From the NCBI GenBank assembly GCA_045047305.1, contig JASFYO010000056.1, forward strand, positions 1-28,177: a DNA stretch of 28,177 nt. The letters run 5' to 3'. Below, piece by piece: positions 18,390 to 26,315 of this stretch; within the stretch, counting starts at the first letter, position 1; the number at the start of each line of letters is the position of its first letter. This stretch comes from Planctomycetota bacterium (GTDB lineage: Bacteria; Planctomycetota; UBA1135). The notes under the pieces are model-generated. The model was not told where the DNA came from. It saw only the letters and a list, made by a program, of their open reading frames with translations, and did no database searches. The position numbers and the translations under genes are program-made.

Positions 18390-19724
18390 ATGCTCTCCCA
18401 CCTCACCCGCCGCGACTTCCTTGCCCTCACTGCAGCCGGAACAGCTGGACTTGCCGTTTCTTGCCAAACCCCAGGCCTCTTGCAACCCGGAGTCAAGCTA
18501 CGCCATGCGGCAGTCGGCGTAGGCGGCATGGGTGCAGGGGATTTGGAACAGATGAGTGCGCACCCCGATGTTCAAGTGGTGGCACTGTGCGATGTCGATG
18601 CCAACAACCTAGCCAAAGCTGCCGCTCTACACCCTACGGCACGCACCTACCGCGACTGGCGGGTCATGCTACGCAAAGAGAAGCGCGCGATCGATTCGAT
18701 TTGTGTTTCGACGCCCGACCACATGCATGCTCCGATCACGATGTCGGCGATGGCGATGGGCAAACACGTGTATTGCCAAAAACCACTCACCCACACAGTG
18801 ATGGAAGCGCGTCGTATTGCGGAGTTCGCGCGTAAAAGTGGCGTGGTCACGCAAATGGGGATTCAGAATCATTCGGGCGAGAATTATCTGCGGGCATTAG
18901 ATGTTTTCCGCTCTGGAATTTGTGGTCCGGTGGAACAAGCGCATGTGTGGACCGATCGCCCAGCCGGCTGGTGGCCGCAAGATATGGTGAAACCGATCGG
19001 CGAAGATCCGGTGCCAGAGAGTTTGGAGTGGGATTTGTGGTTAGGTGTGGCGCCATACCGCGCGTACAAGAAAGGTGCCTACCACGCGTTTGTTTGGCGC
19101 GGACGCAAAGACTTTGGCACCGGCGCACAGGGGGATATGGCTTGTCACTTAATGGATCCGGCATTGTGGTTTTTGGGATTGGGACAACCGCATTCCATCC
19201 GCTCCACCGGACCAAAACCGAAGGCCGATAGTTACCCCTTGTGGTCCGAGGTTCAATACCGCTTTGGCGCTACAGAACTCACCCATGCTGAGGGTGTGGA
19301 TCTGACTTGGCATGATGGCGGCCGCAAGCCTCAGGCTTTGTTTGACGAATATGGAATCGCCGATCCTTATGCCAATGGCAGTCTGTTTGTTGGGACCAAA
19401 GGCGCCTTCCTAGTCAGTCCCTATGAACCCTGCCGCTGGTTCCCAAGAGGCGGCGAAGAGCGCCAGCTACAACTCCCTGCTATAGCCGGACGCAATCACT
19501 GGCATCAATGGGTCGATGCCTGTTTTGGCCGGGTAGAAGCCACTGCCAGTTTTGATTATGCCGGACTGCTGACGGAAGTTGCTTTGCTCGGGAATGTGGC
19601 GCTGGAATTCCCAGGGCAAACTCTGAACTGGAATGCCAGCGCGATGGACTTTGGTAGCAATATTCTGGCAAATCGGTTCTTGGATAAGGATTACCGCAGT
19701 GGTTGGGAAGTGCGCGGGCTCTAA
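18390..19724 (+). CDS. Tat-exported Gfo/Idh/MocA family oxidoreductase
   Basis: TRRDFL twin-arginine signal, LAVSC possible lipobox, VGVGGMG, STPDHMHA, HVYCQKPL, DFGTGAQGDMACH. Confidence 0.92.
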   Translation: MLSHLTRRDFLALTAAGTAGLAVSCQTPGLLQPGVKLRHAAVGVGGMGAGDLEQMSAHPDVQVVALCDVDANNLAKAAALHPTARTYRDWRVMLRKEKRAIDSICVSTPDHMHAPITMSAMAMGKHVYCQKPLTHTVMEARRIAEFARKSGVVTQMGIQNHSGENYLRALDVFRSGICGPVEQAHVWTDRPAGWWPQDMVKPIGEDPVPESLEWDLWLGVAPYRAYKKGAYHAFVWRGRKDFGTGAQGDMACHLMDPALWFLGLGQPHSIRSTGPKPKADSYPLWSEVQYRFGATELTHAEGVDLTWHDGGRKPQALFDEYGIADPYANGSLFVGTKGAFLVSPYEPCRWFPRGGEERQLQLPAIAGRNHWHQWVDACFGRVEATASFDYAGLLTEVALLGNVALEFPGQTLNWNASAMDFGSNILANRFLDKDYRSGWEVRGL

Positions 19725-19732
19725 AACCTGCC

Positions 19733-20290
19733 TCACCAGTACTCGATTCTTTCGCCGCCGAAGCGCTGCACTAGAGAATCGAAGGCCGGCTCTGCGGTCC
19801 GATCTTCCATCACCCATGCAATAAGTTTGCCGGTGAGCGGAATGGTGTTGTCGAAGTATTGCCTCCAAACCACGAGAGAAGTTTCGTCGCTAAGAGCCTC
19901 AACGGTAAAGATACCAAGGTGATTCTGAATGGGAATGAACTTAGTCGTGGCATCGAGGTCAATTTGATAAACATAAAAATAGCCATCTTCGATATAGAGA
20001 ATCGGCTCCACCATGGTGCTTCCCTTGTAGTTTCCCGTCCGCACCGACCCCGCCACGATGCGCCCGTTATCCGTCTTCGTCCACACGAATTCTTCGACAC
20101 CTGGAAACCACTCATGAATGCCGGTCAACATGAGTTGAAACGCTGCTTCGCGTGAAAGATGCACTTTGGCAATCACTACAGATCGCAGTGGTGCGAGGGT
20201 CAGAGCTGAAGTATCAAATCCCCCAACCACACGTTGGTTCAGGAAATACTTAGAACCTAACTCCTGCTCGAACTCTGCATGAATACTCAC
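19733..20290 (-). CDS. SRPBCC/polyketide-cyclase-like protein
   Basis: HEWFPGV..GSVRTG..MVE..YQI..FTVEAL..SLVVWRQYF pattern. N-terminal boundary uncertain (see findings). Confidence 0.65.
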   Translation of the reverse strand: MSIHAEFEQELGSKYFLNQRVVGGFDTSALTLAPLRSVVIAKVHLSREAAFQLMLTGIHEWFPGVEEFVWTKTDNGRIVAGSVRTGNYKGSTMVEPILYIEDGYFYVYQIDLDATTKFIPIQNHLGIFTVEALSDETSLVVWRQYFDNTIPLTGKLIAWVMEDRTAEPAFDSLVQRFGGERIEYW

Positions 20291-20419
20291 CGTGGAACAT
20301 GCTGTGAGGCATGAAAGGAGTAAAGGGAAGCGCGCTGCATTGATGAGTTGGATGCTGTGGATTGTAGCGCGAATGACTTCCGTTTGGCCGCGGCGGCGAA
20401 AAGAAGCTAGAGTGCAGTC

Positions 20420-21352
20420 ATGTTGCCAGCCCTTCTCCTATTGCTTGCCCAACACCAAGCTGACCCCAGCGATTTGGCTCCGCCAAGCCCCTCTGCCGAA
20501 AGCTTGGCCGAAGCTGCCCGAGAGAACCGCAGCTTATTGATAATTTCTTCGTCTGCGGATGAAACACGAAAAGCAGAGATGGCGGCGCTGTTGAACTATT
20601 CCACCATCCGCAGGGAAATTCAATATGAGTTCCTTGTGTCTTACCGGCCTGGCCCTGCGCGTCCGGGTGGTCCTCCATCAACCTCGATGAGTTTTTGGGA
20701 CAGTTCAGGAAAGTTGGGGAAATACGTTGCTTACGAGCAACTGCTTACTGCCGCTGGCAAACCAGACGCGCAAAAGTTCCTGCAGCTGCTGAAGCAAAAC
20801 GAATCGGCCCCACTCGATGCAATCAAGGTTCTGGAAAGTGCCCGCCAAACTGCGCTTCAAGAAAAAAAGCGGTTATTCATTCACCTTGGAGCTCCTTGGT
20901 GAGGTTGGTGCGTGCCCTTCGAGGAGTTCCTCGAAGACCCAGTGGTTGCTCCTATTCTGGAACGCGATTTTGTGCTGGTAAAAATTGATGTCGACCGCAT
21001 GATCAACGGAAAACGAGTTGGACTTGGTTTACGTGCTGGCAAAGACCGTGGTATCCCTTGGTACGTCATCATGACCGCCGAAGATTCCTTATTGCGCGCA
21101 AAGCCCACGGACGACGGCAACCCACCTGCAATAAATGCCGTATTACAACGACGTAAGTCTTCCATGCTCGCCAATGCTTACGATCCAGATGGGAACAATG
21201 TTGGCTTTCCAGCCAGCCCAGAGGAACGTGCCCATTTTATGCATACTTTGCGCGAAACCACTACTAGCATCACGGCTGAGGAGTTAGAGGTGATTGGAAA
21301 CGCTCTGTACAAGCTAGCGCATGAGCAGATTGGAGATGAGGCCGACGGCTAG
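20420..21352 (+). CDS. Probable selenoprotein: exported thioredoxin-family protein with W-U-G-W-C active site, 310 aa
   Basis: Track ORFs 20420..20902 and 20912..21352 are in frame across TGA 20900-20902. Read-through gives EKKRLFIHLGAPW-U-GWCVPFEEFL..DFVLVKIDVD..GIPW (cis-Pro loop). Confidence 0.9.
20917..20936 (+). promoter_or_regulatory. Candidate bacterial SECIS hairpin for the UGA at 20900-20902
   Basis: CUUCGAGG-AGUU-CCUCGAAG, a perfect 8-bp stem. The stem starts 14 nt after the UGA and the loop 22 nt after it. Confidence 0.7.
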
Positions 21353-21565
21353 CCCTTAAGCCCCCTCCACCCAACCGACGCACTCAACCAGCACGCAGCT
21401 GCGCCAGGGCAGGACGCTGCTGAAGTTCATCGTTAACCCTTGGATGTGGCCCAATCGGCATAAACACAACGCTGGAACGAAACGCATGCAGGGTGATTTG
21501 GAGGCCTTACGTTTATTTTGGGAGGAGGAGCAACCGTGCATCAACAGGCTGTTCCGCCTCCGCAG

Positions 21566-23857
21566 TTACTTTTCAAGATAAATCACAATCGGCTCTCCCG
21601 GCCGAGCAGGGTAGTAATACGCCAACGGGCGACGTGAGTCTTCATGAGTAATCGAAATCCGATGATCTCCTTCCATGAAGCTGCCAAGGTTAAATTCTCC
21701 TTGGGCGTCCGTAGTTGCGGTCAAAGCAAAACAGCTGCACGACAAACTTCCCGTAGCTGGCTCGATGACTACGGTCATGTCGGGGAGTGGGTTACCACTT
21801 GAATCCAGAACTGTTCCCCGGATTTCTTGCGGCGGTGCGGGCGCATCGACTAGAACCAGGGTTTCCTCGAGCGACTGCTCTTCGATCAGCTGAACACTCT
21901 TCGTCATCGGCGCATAAACACCAGAGATGTCCATCACTCTTAGTTCATAAACCCCAGGAGACATTCCAGAAAACCGGATTTCACCCATGGAATTCGCTAA
22001 GTTAAAAGTCCAATCAAAAAAGGAGGTCTTAGCTTTCGGCGTGTTGTCATTTTCAATGCGGATGAGTTGCGCTAGAGCTTTCCTAATCGGCTCTCCCCTC
22101 CGATTCTGCACCGTGAACTGCACTGGAACCTCAGATTCCCCTTGCGCCTTAATCACCAATTCAAGCGGACCAAGCTCCTCTCCTTCTTGCAAATGATAAG
22201 GGCCAAAGTAAGTACCTTCACACACGAGTTCAAAACCGACACCGGGAGCAAGCGCTTCCGGAAAAGAGGTCAGGAGAAACTCGCCTTCCAAGTTGGTGTT
22301 GGTCGATAAACCGGATACCTCGCTTTTTTGGCGCGGCACATCAATCGTAGTGTTCGCTTCGATCTTAAAATGAGTCGCAATCTTACCCAATGTCCGAATG
22401 CGCACCTCACTCACCGGCATTCCATTTTCGTGAATCACCCGCCCAAACACTTTTCCGGCCGGGTGCATGACGATGTCGCCCAAGTCCGTAACTTGCCCCG
22501 GAGGGCTGTCAATCTGATATAGAATTTGATTTGCGTATTGCTCTACGGAGAGCTGAAACTCATACCCCTTGGCTGGGTCAAGTTGCATGATCTCGAATCT
22601 CCCATCCTGGTTCGTTTTGGCAAAGAATCGGGAACGTGTGTAAGGAGAATGTTGGGGGGCAAGATCACTTGGACTTGGATAACCAGAGGCTTTCATTTCA
22701 TCCCAGGATGGCACAACGAGTTTAGTTTCATGGGGTAGGTTCAACAATTGTTCACCGTAAAACTCGACATTGGGGATGGGTTCGCCAGCCTTATTCACAA
22801 CCCGACCCACGACTCCACTCGCCTGGTTGCCTAAGTGAATATCCACCTCGATGCCATGCTCGAAATCTTCCGCGGTCAAGGTAGGCCAAACACTTTTCTC
22901 ACCGAAGCCTGAGGCGACCGCAGTGATCTCCAGACTCTGTCCTGGCTGAAATGCAAAATTTGATTCGTAACTTCCGTCTGAAGCACAAGCAATCCTTTCA
23001 GCACCAGAAAACCCGTCCACATATCCCCCGTCGAGATACACCATGCCACCCGAGGGGATTGCCTGATTCTGTCCCACGTAAACATGCCCGAACACGCGAA
23101 CGCCTTGCACCAAATGGACCTCAATTTTCTGATGCGGGGAAGAACTCGGCAAAACTTCGACCAGTTGCCCCGCATAAGAGGGGTGGCTGACTCGTAAAAA
23201 CCACTTTCCACTGGGGAAGTTATCAAATGTGGCAAAGCCCAAGGAATCAGTGGTTAGGGCATCTACTTGCCTCTGCGCAAAGCTTGCACTTTGGGTCTTC
23301 ACCAATTGAATTTTGGCCGAGGATACTGGTTGTTCCTGCTCATTCCAAACCTGGACACTTAAGCTTCTAGCCTTCTCCAAGCGAACCCAACGGAAGTCAC
23401 CGCTTTGCAAAGGCGCGTCTTCCCACTGCGCCATGCCAGGAACTTGGACCTTCAGTCTCCAATACCCTGCCGCAGCTGGGATTTGGAATTCACCCGCCCG
23501 ATTGGACAAAATGGCCTCTGCAGCATTTGCATCAGGGTTCGGCGCGGCTTCACGAAATCGAAATCCGTCTGGCGCTTTCAAACGAGACAACCCGCACTGT
23601 GCACCGGCCACTGGCTTGCCATCAGGGCCTAATACCACCCCTGAAACAAAAGCCGCTTTAGGCTGATGAACCTGAGACTGGACCGGCTTTCGCTCAACGG
23701 AAATGGGGCCAGGATCGTCAACCTGATCTGCCAAAGTCACCGCGGGAGCTTGAACGTTGGTTTGTATAGGAATATTTTGCTCCTCCGGCTTGAGGAATAC
23801 CCAAAGGCTCAGGATGAGCAAAATAACGAGAACAAGAAGGGGAGTGATTTTTTTCAT
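21566..23857 (-). CDS. Membrane-anchored protein with repeated carboxypeptidase-regulatory-like (prealbumin-like) domains
   Basis: N-terminal TM helix and several repeats of GxVxxxxGxPxxxA..TxxxGxF. Start placed at ATG 23857 (MKKITPLL) to avoid overlapping the upstream gene. Confidence 0.8.
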   Translation of the reverse strand: MKKITPLLVLVILLILSLWVFLKPEEQNIPIQTNVQAPAVTLADQVDDPGPISVERKPVQSQVHQPKAAFVSGVVLGPDGKPVAGAQCGLSRLKAPDGFRFREAAPNPDANAAEAILSNRAGEFQIPAAAGYWRLKVQVPGMAQWEDAPLQSGDFRWVRLEKARSLSVQVWNEQEQPVSSAKIQLVKTQSASFAQRQVDALTTDSLGFATFDNFPSGKWFLRVSHPSYAGQLVEVLPSSSPHQKIEVHLVQGVRVFGHVYVGQNQAIPSGGMVYLDGGYVDGFSGAERIACASDGSYESNFAFQPGQSLEITAVASGFGEKSVWPTLTAEDFEHGIEVDIHLGNQASGVVGRVVNKAGEPIPNVEFYGEQLLNLPHETKLVVPSWDEMKASGYPSPSDLAPQHSPYTRSRFFAKTNQDGRFEIMQLDPAKGYEFQLSVEQYANQILYQIDSPPGQVTDLGDIVMHPAGKVFGRVIHENGMPVSEVRIRTLGKIATHFKIEANTTIDVPRQKSEVSGLSTNTNLEGEFLLTSFPEALAPGVGFELVCEGTYFGPYHLQEGEELGPLELVIKAQGESEVPVQFTVQNRRGEPIRKALAQLIRIENDNTPKAKTSFFDWTFNLANSMGEIRFSGMSPGVYELRVMDISGVYAPMTKSVQLIEEQSLEETLVLVDAPAPPQEIRGTVLDSSGNPLPDMTVVIEPATGSLSCSCFALTATTDAQGEFNLGSFMEGDHRISITHEDSRRPLAYYYPARPGEPIVIYLEK

Positions 23858-23867
23858 TGATCCATCT

Positions 23868-24176
23868 CTAGCGCTGAAGACGATCGGGTTCATAACGACC
23901 CTTTTTCTCATTATAAAAGCACCCGGATGCGCCTGTCTTGCACTTGGTCACAGTCGTGGTCACAGTGATGGTCGAGCCATTAGGCAAGGTGATGACTCTA
24001 GTTTCCGAATAAGTCTTATCGACTTCCAATGTGGTTAATGCTGTTTCAAAACTCCAACCATCCGTTGTTCCCGGATCAAGCTGTAGTTGTGAAGAGTCGG
24101 AATCTATGCTTCCGCCCCCTGCTGCAAGTAGGCTGATAGCCAGCCAATGGACCATGTAAATTAGGATGTTGCTCAT
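23868..24176 (-). CDS. Small secreted hypothetical protein
   Basis: 102 aa, GAGG RBS upstream, hydrophobic N-terminus, Thr-rich beta-like segment, two Cys near the C-terminus. Ends 10 nt before the next gene. Confidence 0.55.
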   Translation of the reverse strand: MSNILIYMVHWLAISLLAAGGGSIDSDSSQLQLDPGTTDGWSFETALTTLEVDKTYSETRVITLPNGSTITVTTTVTKCKTGASGCFYNEKKGRYEPDRLQR

Positions 24177-24578
24177 TTTGGTTTCCTCGCCTTAAATCAA
24201 GGCATTGGTTTCAATAGGGATGACGGGGATGCCATGGTAGGGACATTCAATTTTCCTACCGAGAAACGGCCTATTTAGAAAATCCTACCTTCCGAGTGCC
24301 GCCCGGCTCCCATCGAAAAGCTTTGCCCTGAAGGCCGAACCTGACTCACCTCGTTTGCGCAAGGAAACGACAACCCAATCTTCCTCGGCTAGAAAGTATG
24401 CCGCCACTTCTCCATCCGGAGGGTCTTGTTCTCCCGAAGACAGCGCAAGGCCCGGTGATTCTCAGTCCTTCAAAACGCAAAGCAACACGAGATCTCTTCT
24501 ATTCATCTTTACAACCCTTAAGTGTGCAGCCCAAGGCATAATCCGTTCGTATCTTGCCCTGCTAAGATTCAGCCACCC

Positions 24579-25958
24579 ATGCAAACCTACGACGTACTCA
24601 TACTAGGCGGAGGCACCGCAGGCACCGCCGCCGCAAAAGCTGCAGTTCAAGCTGGCGCCCGTACCGCCATGTTCAACGACGGGGAACTTGGTGGCCTGTG
24701 CATCCTCCGCGGTTGCATGCCCACCAAAACCATGCTGCATGCGGCGCACTTACGGCACGAGGCGCAGCACCACCGTACGCCGGGCATTGGCAAGGAAAGC
24801 CTCTCTTCGGACTTTGCGGCGGTCATGCGCAACAAAGACGTGAAGGTTGCTCGGTTTAAGAATGCCAAGATTTCCGGGATTGAAAGTGGCGGTTACGCAG
24901 TCATCGATGCACGCGCAAAGTTCACCGGCCCCGACACGGTGGAAGCCAATGGCGAGAGTTATCGTTTCACTAAAGGTGCGGTGATTGCGGTGGGATCGGT
25001 CATTACCCAGCCACCCATCCCAGGAATGGAAAGCGTGCCATATTGGGACAGTGACGACGTCATGGCTCTTACCGAATGCCCTGAGTCCGTCGCGGTGATT
25101 GGCAGCGGCGCGATTGGCCTTGAGCTTGCGCAGTTTCTATCGCGCATGGGAACGCGGGTGGAACTCATCAGCCGACGTCCGGTGTTTGCAGATTGGGGTG
25201 CTTCGGTGATCGAAGAAATGGAGAAGGCGCTTGCCGATGAACCGAACTTCACCAATCATGCTCCAGCTACGCCATTGGCAGTTCGCAAACGTGACGACGG
25301 CGGAATCACGGTGGATATCGAAACTGCAAACGGAAGCAAAACGATTCACGCGCAGCATTTGTTGGTTGCTGCCGGACGTCGCGCGGCAGTCGACAGTCTC
25401 CACCTAGAACTTGCCGGTGTAGAAATGGATGGTCGTCAGGTAAAAGCGGAAGCGGTCATGCGCACCACCAATCCTAAGGTGTTTGTTGCTGGCGATGCCT
25501 CGGGCGAACGACTGCTGCTGCATGTGGCAAACTGGGAAGGCGTGGCGGCTGGGCAGGGTGCTGCAGGCATTGCAAATGTACCTGCTGTCGAACGACGGCT
25601 GAACATGGGCGTGGTATTTACTGACCCACCGCTCGCCACAGTTGGCATAACCGAAGAAGACGCAAAGGCCGATGGGATCCATGTCCTGGTTGCAGAAGCG
25701 CGTTTCCCGCAAACGGGTCGTGCGATCACCATGGATGTTGCCCACGGCGTCATGCGCTTGGTTGCTAGCGCTGCAAATGGCGAAATTCTCGGCGCGCAGA
25801 TCCTTGGCCCACGGGCAGATGACATCATCCATGCCGTGAGTGCGATTATGTACTACCGAGGCACTGCGGCGGACATGTTGGCGATGCCGTGGTACCACCC
25901 AACGTTGTCGGAGGTGCTGTTGGGATTAGCTAGGGAGATTTGTGGGCAGTCGGATTGA
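24579..25958 (+). CDS. Class-I pyridine nucleotide-disulfide oxidoreductase (dihydrolipoamide dehydrogenase-like family)
   Basis: GGGTAG (FAD), GGLCILRGCMPTK redox disulfide, GSGAIGLE, AGD, FTDP, C-terminal HPTLSE. Start at ATG 24579 (MQTYDV). Confidence 0.9.
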   Translation: MQTYDVLILGGGTAGTAAAKAAVQAGARTAMFNDGELGGLCILRGCMPTKTMLHAAHLRHEAQHHRTPGIGKESLSSDFAAVMRNKDVKVARFKNAKISGIESGGYAVIDARAKFTGPDTVEANGESYRFTKGAVIAVGSVITQPPIPGMESVPYWDSDDVMALTECPESVAVIGSGAIGLELAQFLSRMGTRVELISRRPVFADWGASVIEEMEKALADEPNFTNHAPATPLAVRKRDDGGITVDIETANGSKTIHAQHLLVAAGRRAAVDSLHLELAGVEMDGRQVKAEAVMRTTNPKVFVAGDASGERLLLHVANWEGVAAGQGAAGIANVPAVERRLNMGVVFTDPPLATVGITEEDAKADGIHVLVAEARFPQTGRAITMDVAHGVMRLVASAANGEILGAQILGPRADDIIHAVSAIMYYRGTAADMLAMPWYHPTLSEVLLGLAREICGQSD

Positions 25959-25975
25959 TTGGCGCTGCCATCTGA

Positions 25976-26199
25976 TTATTTAGGGTCGCGGCCTCCGTTG
26001 ACAAGGATTAGATTGTCGAATTCCCCTGCTGAGCAACGCTTGGCTGCTTCAGCAATGTAGAGTTTGTACTTGGCGCTAAAGGTACGGCGCTTTACACGTG
26101 GAGAAACTTCTGGGTCTGGCGCTGCAGGGCTTTCCCCCAAGGGAACTTTCCGCTAAGCCCCAAGTCCCTTTTGGGGAAAGGGTCTCACGGATATTGACA
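25976..26199 (-). mobile_element. Truncated IS3-family element: left end plus OrfA fragment
   Basis: The minus strand reads TGTCAATATCCGTGAGAC (TG-initiated, IR-like end). It is followed by 25976..26140, encoding PDPEVSPRVKRRTFSAKYKLYIAEAAKRCSAGE, like an IS3 OrfA HTH N-terminus, then an early stop. No OrfB and no right IR. Confidence 0.65.
26130..26180. repeat. Imperfect inverted repeat inside the IS end
   Basis: CTTTCCCCCAAGGGAACTT ... AAGTCCCTTTTGGGGAAAG. Confidence 0.5.
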
Positions 26200-26315
26200 C
26201 AGAGGTAAGGCTGGAGGAGAAAGTGAGCGTATTCTCACGGGGAAATAAATTTTCGCTATAACTGGATTCCGCGCCTCCGTTAGCCGCCGTTTCAAATTTC
26301 ATTGCATGATGCGCA

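Noticed and set aside
18035..18835. 266-aa Arg/Ser/Cys-rich + strand ORF
   Set aside because: It overlaps the SDR (antisense) and the Gfo/Idh/MocA gene (off-frame), with composition typical of shadow ORFs.
16186..21352. Genome-wide UGA reassignment (to Trp or Gly) as the explanation for the in-frame TGAs
   Set aside because: TGA ends ordinary full-length genes here (stops at 2865, 5253, 17572, 19733, 25958), Trp is encoded by TGG, and the three internal TGAs fall only at catalytic Cys positions.
21356..21544. 62-aa - strand ORF or possible ncRNA in the intergenic gap
   Set aside because: No RBS, motif or convincing structure; it cannot be supported.
24579..25958. Mercuric reductase MerA or a firm lpdA call
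   Set aside because: There is no C-terminal Cys-Cys pair or metal-binding N-domain, and no mer or 2-oxoacid dehydrogenase genes nearby. The call is left at family level.
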